Shown here piece after piece: positions 13,308 to 26,613 of a DNA stretch of 64,000 nucleotides (the first letter of the stretch is position 1; the number at the start of each line of letters is the position of its first letter). Below the pieces are notes generated by a model, which ran no database searches, was not told where the DNA came from, and saw only the letters and a program-made list of their open reading frames with translations. This DNA is from Haliotis rufescens (taxonomy: Eukaryota), in contig NW_025964235.1 of the NCBI RefSeq assembly GCF_023055435.1, positions 1,550,001 to 1,614,000 on the forward strand. Reading direction: 5' to 3'. The position numbers and the translations under genes were made by a program.

Positions 13308-14216
13308 CTTGGAAAATGGATTGTAGGTGGCGCTTTCGAAGAATGGGGAGGTAAGCTAAATAGTCCATCAAATTATACCACTAGAAAATATTACCTCGCA
13401 CGAAGAGACGGAACATGTATCGTAACGCTAAACAAGTGTACATGTTTTTCGTATATTTCACACTTTCCTTCTATGAACAATAAAGCTGAATTAAGTATTT
13501 TGTTTGTTTTCATCCGAACCTTGTATTTATTATTGTCACCCCCAGCTATATACATTGCGTGTTAGTACAGGGGGACTAACTATAATTATGAAAATGAGTA
13601 TATATACATCATACGTACGGAAAAAATAATCATTGTTTATATAATGGAGATATACACTGGATAATTAAAGCCTATTAACTTCACGTATGTAATATGTATA
13701 GGAACTAACTTTATATCGCATATATTTTTGCCACCGGATTGCAGAAAAAACGGCAAACACAATATGTTTTTCAGGTGCAAGATCACACCGCCATTTGGTC
13801 ATCTACAGACGTGGATATACACTTTCCACTTTTAAACACTGAATTTCCTTTGGTTAACACCCTATGTTTCCACAGAGCAAGGTTAAAATATGTCAAATCG
13901 TGAAAAGTGGATCTCCAATAAATGTTGTTGTTCTTAAACTAAACATGGAAATCCAATCCTTCAAGTTTGCTATTGACAACACTGGATGCAAGAACATCAT
14001 CAATATGTAGCAGAGTCCATCAGTTTCCGAACAGACAAGGAGAATGTTTGATGTTATGAATTAAATGAAAAAAAGGACAGTGCACCGAAGGGAGATAACT
14101 GCAATAACTTGTATCAGGCCGGTCGTGCAAGTAGGAAGCTGGGTGCATTCAGAGACATATCGTCTGGTCAGGAGCTAGATCTACGCCACAGTCCGCCACA
14201 GTCTGCCAAGTCCACT
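13308..14216. promoter_or_regulatory. Probable bidirectional promoter region between hnRNP L and GALM-A1
   Basis: Divergent start codons at 13307 (-) and 14217 (+), about 0.9 kb apart, with no repeat recognised between them. Confidence 0.6.
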
Positions 14217-17200
14217 ATGTCGCGCGTTACACAGGACAGCTACGGTCAGACGAGGGACGGAAGCGAGGTGACCAGGTAGGTCTGTGGTAAAGTCAGGTCA
14301 GCTTCAGGTCAAGGCATGTCACTAGACTTGCTACACGTCCCGTTTACATACTGTCGTTAAAGAGAGACAAGGCTCTAGTTGGTTGGTTTGTTAAATTGTC
14401 TTACGCCGCACTCAGCAATAATCCAGCTATTTGACGGCGGTCTGTAAATAATCGAGTCTGGTCCAGACAATCCAGTTATTGATATCATGAGCATCGATCC
14501 ACGCAACTGGGATCTATGACATGTTTCAACCAAGTCAGCGAGCCTGACCACCCGATCCCGTTACTCGCCTCTTACGACAAGCATAGTCCTTTTACGGCAA
14601 CTAGGCACTAGTGTCCAGTCTAGAATGAGTTTCATGTGTACAGACATTGTCACTGTGTAATTACTGAACAGTCGGGGAAAGGGAAGTATACGCTTGGACA
14701 GCCACCTTTGACTCTGCTCAATACGGTGTACTGTGAAACTGCGACCCCTGGAACGTCATGTGCACGTGACAACATGCTCAATACGGTGTACTGTGAAACT
14801 GCGACCCTTGGAACGCCATGTGCACGTGACAACATGCTCAATACGGTGTACTGTGAAACTGCGACCCCTGGAACGCCATGTGCACGTGACAACATGCTCA
14901 ATACGGTGTACTGTGAAACTGCGACCCTTGGAACGCCATGTGCACGTGACAACATGCTCAATACGGTGTACTGTGAAACTGCGACCCCTGGAACGCCATG
15001 TGCACGTGACAACATGCTCCATACGGTGTACTGTGAAACTGCGACCCCTGGAACGCCATGTGCACGTGACCTGTTGTGAGATTACGATTGAGATGATGCA
15101 TGTGATATCGCCCATGATATCAAATCAAATACAACACCATCGAATAAACATTCCTTGTAGGGGCGGCCGGGTAGCCTTGTGGTTAAAGCGTTTGCTCGCC
15201 ACGCTGGAAAACCGGGTTCGATTCCCGACATGGGTACAATGTGTGAAGCCCATTTCTGGTGTCCCCCGCCGTGATATTGCTGGAATATTGCTAAAAGCGG
15301 CGCCGTAAAATCGTTTTATTTTACCAAACCATGAAACATGGGTGTATACTTTCTTTTGCCCGACAGGTTATGATGCGTAACAGTTGTGTTATATGGTGAT
15401 ATTGAGGCCACAGTCAGCAGTGTTCGTCCTTCGCCAGGACGGGCGGCCTGTAAAAACGTCTTGTCCTCGTCAGACCATTGGTTGATGTTATAACATCATG
15501 AACAACGCTGTCGGCATGTACAATGACCAGCTGATGTTAGTGGGGACTTTTGTCTCCAGGGGATATATTATATGGGTCTGGGTCTGAATTATTAATGGGT
15601 TGTAACAGATTTAAAAAAAAGACCGACATTGTTCATTGTGAATTAATTTAACATCCTGTTTTGCATAATTACTTGTGTACTGGAGGATAACCTAGGGTGT
15701 GTCATACTTTTTATACGCTGTTAGTTTCACATCACTGACAACTCGTTATACGGGTGATGCTGTTTTTGTGTACCGAAAAGGGTTCTATTTTTGGTATTTT
15801 GTAGGTTTACGTTGACCAACAAGAACGACGTCGTGGTCCGCATCATCAACTACGGCGGTACCATCACAGAGATCCGGGTGCCAGACAGAGCGGGGAGGGT
15901 CGCGGACATCTGCCCAGGCTTTGAAGACATGGAAGGTGTGAGTGAGTGAGTGAGTGGGTGAGTGTATAGGTGTGTGGGTTGGTGAGTGGGTGAGTGAGTG
16001 AGTGAGTGAGTGAGTGGGTGAATGTATAGGTGTGTGGGTTGGTGAGTGGGTGGGTGAGTGAGTAAGTGGGTCTGTGCATTAAATAAATCAAATCCTAGTG
16101 TATCAGATACGCGGCAAAAACGATATTGAAATAAAATCAATGCGTATATTACAACTGTAAGATAAAATGATTGTGTATCAGCCGATCGCCACTTAAAGAC
16201 ATGCTGATAGATGCCAGTTGAAAAGCACATTGTGCCAAGTCAATGTACATGTATCTTAAACAGTCACTGATTGGTGACTTAAAGCGCCTTTCACACAATG
16301 CTAGGTTTTGCAGACAAAAATGGCTTCCCGGAGAGGGAGCCACAAGCAGACGCAGACAGGTGTACTACTATTCACATAGTTTTTTATGATTTGAGGGGAT
16401 TGTTTAAGTTAAAATACCCAATTGTGAAGAAACAGATGGGTAAAAATATGAGAATACCCTTGTGGCTACCCTATCTAAATCCAACCCATGAGTAAAATAT
16501 CCAAATAACCAAAAGGTCATCTAGACGTCTGGTCTTCAGGACTGCTGACCACAATCTAACGTCACCTCTCTCTGCAAGGTTACCAAGCCAACCCCATCTA
16601 CATGGGCGCTCTTGTGGGCCGTGTGGCTGACCGCATTGCCGGAGCCACCTTCGACCTTGACGGCAAAACCTACAACCTCAACGCCAACGACCTGCAGGAG
16701 GCCCCCAACTTCCTGCACGGTGGCACCAAGGGCTTTGACAAGGTACGGCTTGTAACACGGGATACACCCTGTTGTTCATTGAGGGGATGATCTTGAGGGA
16801 ATGTTAAAGTATTCATCCCCAGACATTAAATACCTAAAATCTTACTGTGAACATCCCCTTTTTAAAATATCCTGGAGCCGCCCCTGTTCATGTATTTTAG
16901 CAATTCCTCCGTCCATTAGGAGAGTGGCATTGATTGATCTGAACCTTCCAGTTTATCGATGCCCCTATTCCATCTGAGCATTGTATTTGTTGTCATTCAG
17001 TAACGTTATGTTCACTATAACATGGACTCTATTAGAGTCCTGGGGTATTTCTGTCTCTGTATATATCAGACACTCCTTGTGAGTGTGTGAATGTTGTTAT
17101 ACGCCGTAGTCATCAATAGTTTAGCTTTCTAAATCATCAAGTCTTGTTTGTTTGTTTGTTTGTTATTTAATGCCGCATCAGCAATATTCCAGGCATATGA

Positions 17201-20200
17201 CAGCGGTCTGTAAATATTCGAGTCTAGACCAGACCATCCAGTGATTGACATCAGCATCGATCCACGCAATTGGGATACGATGACAGGCATCAAACAAGTC
17301 AATGAGCCTGACCATCCGATCCCGTCAATCTCCTCTTACGACAATCATAGTCGCCTTTTAACGCAAGCCTGGGTCGCTGAAGACCTATTCTAACCCGGAT
17401 CTTCATGGATAATATAATTCTGTCCAGATAGGGTAACTGAAATTCACAAGAACAAGATTATCACCAATTTAACCAGAAAATAAGATAATCTGTAGTAGCT
17501 AGGATAGGTACAATACGGACGACAAACAGATGCACATCTCTGCGGCTGACTGTTCTCACTGTTCAGCTACCCTGGTTTTGTGTTCCTGTGTGGGTCGTGT
17601 GCACTGTCGCACCCCTGCTCAGCGAGTTCTTCCCCCAGATGGCGCTTAAATAGTCATAAGAAGTCCATACGATCCTGACCATATCTCGAATAGGGTTTGT
17701 GAATCACTAGCAAGTAGTAAACATTAACATGATGGTGTTTCGTGCACGATGTCGCATCCCGATGGTTCTAAACCGGACTTGGGGCATGGGTGGCTCCGAT
17801 TCGCTGTGCAGAGTTGCGTCCCTTGGGCACGCCAGAAACCTATGATCGTGGGTTCGAATCCCGGTTCGCCCCAATTATGTTTCTAGGTTTGTCAGCACCA
17901 TACCCGATCTCGTGGGTTTCACCAAAGTGGTAAACGTCTGACACCTGCATCACTTCGGGCTTTCCTCCCACATTAAGCTGACACGCCGTTATATAACTGG
18001 AATACTGTTAAAAGCGGCATTAAACCCAACTTAGTCACTCACTATAAACCGCACAGTCCACATTCTGCTTCCAACAGATGCTCTGGGATGCCACCATAGA
18101 AGGGAATAAGTTAGTGTTGAAGTATGTCAGCCCTGACGGAGAGGAGAACTTTCCAGGGGAGGTAACCACGGTGGTGACGTATGAGTTAGATGACGACAAC
18201 GGCTTGACTCTCGAGTACACAGCGACCACCACCAAGGCCACGCCCATCAACCTCACGAACCACGTGTATTTTAACCTGGCCGGACATGTGAGTAATGGAC
18301 GGGAAATGAATCCCTTTCCATAGAGACTGGGATTGGGTAGTTCTTCAAAGTTCAATTGAATGAAGTTTTCGTTATTGTCGTTCTGACCTCACCCGTCATG
18401 GGATTGCCCTATTGTTTATGGCGAGATCTGCCTGTAGGGATTGTCCTATTGTTTATGGCGAGTTCTGCCTGTTGGGATTTTCCTATTGTTTGTGGCGAGA
18501 TCTGCCTGATGGGATTTTCCTATTGTTTGTGGCGAGATCTGCCTGTTGGGATTTTCTTATTGTTTGTGGCGAGATCTGCCTGTTGGGATTGCCCTATTGC
18601 TTGTGGCGACATCTGCCTGTAGGTGAGGTGAAATGGGGTTTAACGTCGCGTCCAAGATTATTGCACTTATATAGCGACGTGCATGTACGTGTGTGTGTTT
18701 GTGTGGCTGCTTGTACTAGTCCGGACTGATGCTGATTTATAGTGCTAGCTCACTGAGATTCCATGCCGCAGTTTAACATGAATATCCCACTCAGACACAG
18801 TATACTGACTCAGAGCCGACCAGTCCTTGTTTTAGCCCCTTAATGCCGAGCGCCAGACATGGTAACAACAAGTACCATCTTTTAACGGCAATTGGTATGA
18901 CGCGGCCGGGGATCGAACCCCGGACCTTCCGCTCTCCGGGCGGACGCTCTACCACTAGACTACGGAGGCGGTCTCTGCCTGTGGGGATTGTCCTATTGTT
19001 TATGGCGAGATCTGCCTGTTGGGATTGTCCTATTGTTTGTGGCGAGATCTGCCTGTTGGGATCGTCCTATTGTTTATGGCGAGATCTGCCTGTTGGGATT
19101 GTCCTATTGTTTGTGGCGAGATCTGCCTGTTGGGATTGCCCTATTGTCCTCGCCACTTGAGGGATGAAAACTCAATTATGGTGTTTATTGGCAAAAAAAG
19201 TTGGACATTTCTTGAAAAGCGCACTATACAATTTTTGCCAGTACTGTAAGTAATATTCCCTATGAGCGGAATGGCTTGGTTTCACTTTATAAGTATTAGT
19301 ACACATGCAGCTGTCTTCGTGATTCTATTACAAGTGACCAGGACTGTAGTGTGTCAGGCAAAATGTTCCTTTTGAGGTTGTCGTATTGTTTAGGACGCGA
19401 TGTATTCGGACAGGCCATGGTCAGATATGTTTTCTAATTTGTTTTCTAATAGTAAACAAAACTTAGATATCAAAACAGAGAAAAGCACATATCTGGTTTT
19501 GAACATCCTCACAATCTGACAAAGAAGACACAATTTATGGATAACTACTTCTTTAATACTGTAAAGGCGACGTTTCGGTGTAGATCCTTATACCGCTGTC
19601 AAGAAGGGTCCATTAATTGTCTACTTTGTCATCCCTCATCCGCCAAGTACTTCCTATCCAGCAATTCCTCACAATCTGATCTCGCAGCTTTAATCCTTTA
19701 CACTGTTTCAGGGCGCGGGAGCAGCAGAGTTGGAGAACCACGTGGCGACAGTGAAGGCTGACACATATCTACCTATGAATAACCTCTATATACCAACAGG
19801 TGCATACACATAGACTGTATACAGTCTGCAACCACTTTATCTGCATTTAAGACATTGATGGTGGTAATCTGAACCATCATGAATCCGGATGGCACTGCGT
19901 CAAGTAAAGTAGTGTGTATTAACCACAAGTAAAGGAGTGTGTATTAACGACAAGTAAAGTAGTGTGTATTAACGGCAAGTAAAGTAGTGTGTTTTAACGT
20001 CAAGTAAAGTAGTGTGTATTAACGACAAGTAAAGGAGTGTGTTTTAACAATAAGTAAAGTAGTGTGTATTAACGACAAGTAAAGGAGTGTGTTTTAACAA
20101 CAAGTAAAGTAGTGTGTATTAAAGACAAGTAAAGTAGTGTGTATTAACGACAAGTAAAGCAGTGTGTATTAACGACAAGTTAAGCAGTGTGTATTAACGA

Positions 20201-22839
20201 CAAGTAAAGTAGAGTGTATTAACGACAAGTAAAGTAGTTTGTATTAACCACAAGTAAAGGAGTGTGTATTAACCACAAATAAAGTAGTGTGTATTGACGA
20301 CAAGTAAAGTAGTGTGTTTTAACGTCAAGTAAAGTAGTGTGTATTAACGACAAGTAAAGGAGTGTGTTTTAACAATAAGTAAAGTAGTGTGTATTAACGA
20401 CAAGTAAAAGAGTGTGTTTTAACAATACGAAAAGTAGTGTGTATTAACGACAAGTAAAGGATAGTGTTTTAACAACAAGTAAAGTAGTGTGTATTAACGA
20501 CAAGTAAAGGAGTGTGTTTTAACAATAAGTAAAGTAGTGTGTATTAACGACAAGTAAAAGAGTGTGTTTTAACAATAAGAAACGTAGTGTGTATTAACGA
20601 CAAGTAAAGGATAGTGTTTTAACAACAAGTAAAGTAGTGTGTATTAACGACAAGTAAAGTAGTGTGTATTAACCACAAGTAAAGCAGTGTGTATTAACGA
20701 CAAGTAAAGTAGTGTGTATTAACCACAAGTAAAGTAGTGTGTATTAACCACAAGTAAAGCAGTGTGTATTAACCACAAGTAAAGCAGTGTCTTTAAACAT
20801 ACACGTATGTTCGGATTAATAGGCTTGTAGTTGAAGTAGTATTGTATTCCATTGAAGTATACAATATGCCCCACATTCGTGATCATCGGGGTGCAGACTA
20901 GCGGGGTTCGACTGTATAAGATGAGGGTCGGTGGGGTAGTCTAGTGGTTAAAGCGTTCGCTCGTCACTCCTAAGCCCCGGGTTCGATTCCCCACATGGAT
21001 ACAATATATGAAGCCCATTTCTGGTGTCCCCCGCCGTGATATTGCTGGAATATTGCTTAAAGCAGCGTAAAACCATACTCACTCACTCACTGTGTAAGGT
21101 GTTCGGGGGGTTGGGATAGCCTTGTGGTTAAATCGTTCGTTCCTCACGCTGAAGGCCCGGGTTCGATTCCCGGCATGGGTACAATGTGTGAAGCCTATTT
21201 CTGGTGTCCCCCGCCATGATATTTCTGGAATTTTGCTAAAAGCAGGGTTAACCACACTCACTGGAATTGCGGTTCCACTGTACATGTTGTATATATATAT
21301 GCAGGTGAAATCAAAGAAGTGGCTGGTCAGCCCCAAGACCTCCGGACCCCGACCCGTGTTGGTGACCGGCTGCACAATCCCGAGCTGGGCAGAGGCTTCA
21401 CCTGTAATTACAACCTGCAGGTGACGGGGAACAAAGAGTTTGCCGCCAGGTAAGCGGCCGACCACCTGATGTTCATTTGGTAACCCCGACAGTTATTGTT
21501 CGCTGGACATGAACAACAAGATAAAAGTAAATGATTCTCCTTTAATAATGGGACCAGGCCTACACACCTCATCACCATGGTTACAGATGCCACATCGCCA
21601 TGGTTACACAGACCACATTACCATTGGTACAATGTTTCCGCTATTTGCAATGTGATGGTTCATGCCGGAAGATCAGGACCATCGCATCCCATGCTTGTGG
21701 TAAGAGCCGAGGAACGAGATCTGTGACGTATTGTGCCTTGGTGGCGTGGAATGAGGTCATGCTATCAGTCACTGGTGTGCCTGGTCCAGACTCCAGTTTA
21801 TTAACAGATGTAGTTGGAATATTGCTGACTTCGGCGTTAAACAACATTCACTCACTCATCTCACGTTGTTTTCTCCACAGATTCGAACACCCAGGGTCGG
21901 GCCGGTACTTCGAGTGTTCCACCACCGAGCCTGCCCTTATGTTCTACACAGGGCACTGGCTCAACAACCCCGGGAAGGGAGGGGCGGTGTATGGGAGGTA
22001 CTCCGCGTTCTGTCTCGAGGCTCAACACTACCCCGACAGCGTCCACAACGTGAGTTGACACATTTCTGACAAAGTTGGTCACAGATTCATTTTCTTTATG
22101 ATATAATAATTATTCTTATATGATTGTTTAGCGTTTTCACGAAAACGTATCATTATCCATATGAAGAGATATTCCACCTATGTGACCGCGGTCTGAAAAT
22201 AATCGAGCATGGGGCAGATGGCCCAGTGATTGATATCTGCAAATGGGATACAAAGACATGCATCAACCAAGTCACCGAGCATGACCCCCCGTTGCATGAT
22301 TAGAAAACACGTTCCGACTGTGACTTTCCCGATCTTGTAAGCGAGGCTCTGATTGGTCGGGTGAAAGGTCGTCCTCAGATCTTTGGGGAGAACTGAGATC
22401 TAATCTTAATGAGTTTTTTGCAGCTGCACTTTATCACGCTATCAATATAAGTCACGTGATCAAATGCCGATCTCTTTTAGGATACCCCTGAATATCCGGG
22501 TAGAACTGGTCCCCGGCACCGCATGCTTGTCGTAAGGGGCGACTAACGGGATCGGGTCAGGCTCGCTGACTTGGTTGATGCATGTCTGCGTATCCAAATT
22601 GATGCTCATGATGTCAATCACTGTATTATCTGGTCCAGACTCGATTATTTACAGACTGCCGTCATAGATCTGGAATATAGCTGAGTGCGGCGTTACTACA
22701 ACAAACAACACACTCTCATTGAACAAGTCTTCAGCTTTAATTCTAATTTGTTTAGCCCAAGTTCCCCAGCACCATCCTACATCCAGGAGAGACGTACCGT
22801 CAGAGCACCACCTATCGGTTTGGAGTCATGACGTCATAG
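14217..22839 (+). CDS. GALM: Aldose 1-epimerase / galactose mutarotase-like, copy A1 (8 exons, 349 aa)
   Basis: Exons 14217-14275, 15805-15935, 16579-16742, 18078-18287, 19712-19799, 21305-21449, 21881-22049, 22756-22839; 1050 nt open frame. Motifs [62 protein letters not shown]. Confidence 0.95.
14380..14600 (-). mobile_element. SINE-like retroposon family B
   Basis: Shared body (ctggtccagacaatccagt ... cgcctcttacgacaagcat). Confidence 0.78.
14715..15070. repeat. 60-bp tandem repeat, 6 copies
   Basis: Unit tgctcaatacggtgtactgtgaaactgcgacccctggaacgccatgtgcacgtgacaaca. Confidence 0.95.
15160..15310 (+). mobile_element. Short tRNA-derived SINE, family A
   Basis: A box TAGCCTTGTGG and B box GGTTCGATTCC; other copies at 20925-21091, 21105-21261, 29844-29993, 34333-34477, 42443-42608, 42943-43103, 52435-52574. 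Confidence 0.82.
17145..17410 (-). mobile_element. SINE-like retroposon family B
   Basis: Full-length copy with (TTTG)n tail on the plus strand. Confidence 0.78.
17781..18042 (+). mobile_element. tRNA-headed SINE, family C
   Basis: GGGTTCGAATCCCGG B box, shared body and (ACTC)n tail; absent from the equivalent site in A2 intron 3. Confidence 0.8.
18399..19146. repeat. 37-bp minisatellite split by a family D SINE (A1 intron 4)
   Basis: Unit ttgtcctattgtttatggcgagatctgcctgttggga. Confidence 0.92.
18621..18972 (-). mobile_element. tRNA-headed SINE, family D (about 350 bp)
   Basis: B box seen as ggggatcgaacc on the plus strand; flanked by tctgcctgt on both sides; inserted in the 37-bp array. 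Equivalent copy at 32441-32798, another at 28948-29252. Confidence 0.82.
19520..19665 (-). mobile_element. Solo Penelope-like terminal fragment (also 33863-34008 in A2)
   Basis: Homologous to 47881-48068; flanked by the 14-bp direct repeat tcctcacaatctga (19506-19519, 19666-19679). Confidence 0.7.
19901..20795. repeat. 25-bp minisatellite, about 36 copies
   Basis: Unit caagtaaagtagtgtgtattaacga. Confidence 0.95.
20925..21261 (+). mobile_element. Two tandem family A SINEs
   Basis: Two A/B-box heads, each followed by the shared body and an ACTC-type tail. Confidence 0.8.
22485..22710 (+). mobile_element. SINE-like retroposon family B
   Basis: Head, body and AAAC tail all present. Confidence 0.78.
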
Positions 22840-23179
22840 CTCTGTCTGGAGTGTGACTGGCTGGAGGTGCCATTGTTTCCATGGTTACAGATAAACGACA
22901 CTTGACGATATTATTTTGGGTATATTTGTATTATATCATTACATGCTGTCATTACTGTAATAAATATATTTTGTTGTAACACCTTTGTAGTTGAGTTAAT
23001 GAAGTGAGTGAGTGAGTTAGCCGGGTTTAGCGCCACTTTGAACAGTATTCCAGTTTCATCACAGCGTGTCACCGCCTTGGTGAAACCCATGAGCGCGGGT
23101 AGGAAGCGTAATCGGACGGGCGAACGGTCATACTTCAATACAGCCTTAATTACAACTCTCATAGCGCTAAGACTAACCG

Positions 23180-25460
23180 AAATCGTAGAACCGTAACTGC
23201 CGACGACCGTAACTGCTATACTTTACCACAGATGTACGACGATCGTAGAACCAAGACGACCGTGACTGCCATACTTTACCACAGATGTACGACGATCGTA
23301 GAACCAAGACGACCGTGACCGCTATACTTTACCACAGATGTGCGACGATCGTAGAACATAGACGACCGTAACTGCTATACTTTACCACAGATGTACGACG
23401 ATCGTAGAACCAAGACGACCGTAACTGCCATACTTTACCACAGATGTACGACGATCGTAGAACCAAGACGACCGTGACTGCCATACTTTACCACAGATGT
23501 ATGACGATCGTAGAACCAAGACGACCGTGACTGCCATACTTTACCACAGATGTACGACGATCGTAGAACCAAGACGACCGTAACTTCCATACTTTACCAC
23601 AGATGTACGACGATCGTAGAACCAAGACGACCGTGACTGCCATACTTTACCACAGATGTACGACGATCGTAGAACCAAGACGACCGTGACCGCTATACTT
23701 TACCACAGATGTGCGACGATCGTAGAACATAGACGACCGTAACTGCTATACTTTACCACAGATGTACGACGATCGTAGAACCAAGACGACCGTAACTGCC
23801 ATACTTTACCACAGATGTACGACGATCGTAGAACCAAGACGACCGTGACTGCCATACTTTACCACAGATGTACGACGATCGTAGAACCAAGACGTCCGTG
23901 ACTGCCATACTTTACCACAGATGTACGACGATCGTAGAACCAAGACGACCGTAACTGCCATACTTTACCACAGATGTACGACGATCGTAGAACCAAGACG
24001 ACCGTGACTGCCATACTTTACCACAGATGTACGACGATCGTAGAACCAAGACGTCCGTAACTGCCATACTTTACCACAGATGTACGACGATCGTAGAACC
24101 AAGACGACCGTAACTGCCATACTTTACCACAGATGTACGACGATCGTAGAACCAAGACGACCGTAACTGCCATACTTTACCACAGATGTACGACGATCGT
24201 AGAACCAAGACGACCGTGACTGCCATACTTTACCACAGATGTACGACGATCGTAGAACCAAGACGACCGTAACTGCCATACTTTACCACAGATGTACGAC
24301 GATCATAGAACCAAGACGACCGTGACTGCCATACTTTACCACAGATGTACGACGATCGTAGAACCAAGACGCCTGTGACTGCCATACTTTACCACAGATG
24401 TACGACGATCGTAGAACCAAGACGTCCGTAACTGCCATACTTTACCACAGATGTACGACGATCGTAGAACCAAGACGACCGTGACTGCCATACTTTACCA
24501 CAGATGTACGACGATCGTAGAACCAAGACGACCGTGACCGCTATACTTTACCACAGATGTATGACGATCGTAGAACCAAGACGACCGTAACTGCTATACT
24601 TTACCACAGATGTACGACGATCGTAGAACCAAGACGACCGTAACTGCTATACTTTACCACAGATGTACGACGATCGTAGAACCAAGACGACCGTGACTGC
24701 CATACTTTACCACAGATGTACGACGATCGTAGAACCATAACGACCGTAACTGCTATACTTTACCACAGATGTACGACGATCGTAGAACCAAGACGACCGT
24801 GACTGCCATACTTTACCACAGATGTACGACGATCGTAGGACCAAGACGACCGTAACTGCCATACTTTACCACAGATGTACGACGATCGTAGAACCAAGAC
24901 GACCGTAACTGCCATACTTTACCACAGATGTACGACGATCGTAGAACCAAGACGACCGTAACTGCCATACTTTACCACAGATGTACGACGATCGTAGAAC
25001 CAAGACGACCGTAACTGCCATACTTTACCACAGATGTACGACGATCGTAGAACCAAGACGACCGTAACTGCCATACTTTACCACAGATGTACGACGATCG
25101 TAGAACCAAGACGACCGTGACTGCCATACTTTACCACAGATGTACGACGACTGTAGCACAAAGACGACCGTGACTGCCATACTTTACCACAGATGTACGA
25201 CGATCGTAGAACCAAGACGACCGTAACTTCCATATTTTACCACAGATGTACGACGATCGTAGAACCAAGACGACCGTAACTTCCATATTTTACCACAGAT
25301 GTACGACGATCGTAGAACCAAGACGACCGTAACTTCAATACATGACCATGCATGCGCACAGATGTACGACGACTGTAGCACAAAGACAATCGTAACTTCC
25401 ACACGTCGACACATATTTGAGACAATCGTAGCGCTAAGACGACCGTAACTGCCGTACTTC
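23180..25460. repeat. 53-bp minisatellite, about 40 copies
   Basis: Unit actttaccacagatgtacgacgatcgtagaaccaagacgaccgtgactgccat. Confidence 0.95.
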
Positions 25461-25815
25461 CTGACTTTTGTGACGCCTGTGCAGGAGCCACCCTCTGTTG
25501 TATTGTTCATCAATTCACTGATATATTTGTATAGCGCACTTTCCATTGTATAACCTCTCAAATGCGCTTGGACCATGTTAGATCACATTATTACATGTGT
25601 CAATTGATCAATGTGCGCTAGATATTCATTCTCAGCTTCCTGGGGAGTATACATCCAATGTTGTCTAGTGCGCTAGACTGTTAACATGTACCCATTTCCT
25701 GTTTAATGAACAGCGGCCTATTTCGAACAAAGTCACCTGTACATGTCCCTAATGTGCTTCTGTGATGGGCGAGACCGAAGCTGAAGAAACTCCCAAGAGT
25801 CAAGCTGGTGTGTGT

Positions 25816-26085
25816 GGCCCGTGAACATCCGGGGTAGAACAAGTCTTCAGCAACCCATGCTTGCCGTAATAGGCGGCCATGCTTGTCATAAGAGGCGACT
25901 GACGGGATCGGGTGGTCAGACTCGCTGACTTGGTTGATGCATGTCATCGTATCCCAATTGCTTGGATCGATGCTCATGATGTCAATCACTGAATTGTCTG
26001 GTCCAGACTCGATTATTTACAGACCGCCGTCATATAGCTGGAATATTGCTGAGGGCGGCGTTAAACAACAAACAAAAGAAAACAA
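25816..26085 (+). mobile_element. SINE-like retroposon family B
   Basis: Full-length copy. Confidence 0.8.
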
Positions 26086-26613
26086 CACCCTACACACGTA
26101 AGTATCTCTATACAGGACGCATGTGTTTACAGCTGTTTGTGTGTCAGCTACTTGCAGGTTCAACAGTTCATCGGATTCTAACCCACGATCAGTTGACTCG
26201 GGCACAACTAAGGGAGACAACTGCAATTTGCATCACCTTAACCCACTGGCCCCAGTTACCTAATACAGAATGGAATTCCTTGCTACTAATTATAGAAACC
26301 TGGGGATTCCGGGTAAGAATATAGGTCCCCAGCAATCTATACTTGTACATGGCGACTAAATGGATGGGGAAGTCAGGCGTGGTGACTTAACTGAATGCAT
26401 GCCATCTATCGTAATTTCGGGTCATTAGATTATTTAAAGAGCGCCGTCATAGAGCTGATCGAGGCGTTAAACAAAAAGCAAACAAACCTAATATAGCCAC
26501 CCATATCGTTTTACTGAATAAGTAAGGATAGGGTATATGGATAAACTTTTTATTACAATTAGGAGCCACGTTTCGGTGTAGGTTCCAACACCGCTAACAA
26601 GCAAGTGATGCAC

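Noticed and set aside
15160-15235. tRNA genes at SINE heads
   Set aside because: A/B boxes are present, but each is followed by a shared SINE body and simple-repeat tail, without a matching acceptor stem.
16571-16578. AAG acceptor of A-type exon 3 as a sign of pseudogenisation
   Set aside because: AAG is an uncommon but valid acceptor; it is shared by A1 and A2, follows a pyrimidine tract and keeps the frame.
23180-25460. CRISPR-like regular repeats (also 39097-39815 and 45064-47618)
   Set aside because: No unique spacers, no cas genes, and a eukaryotic context; these are tandem repeats.
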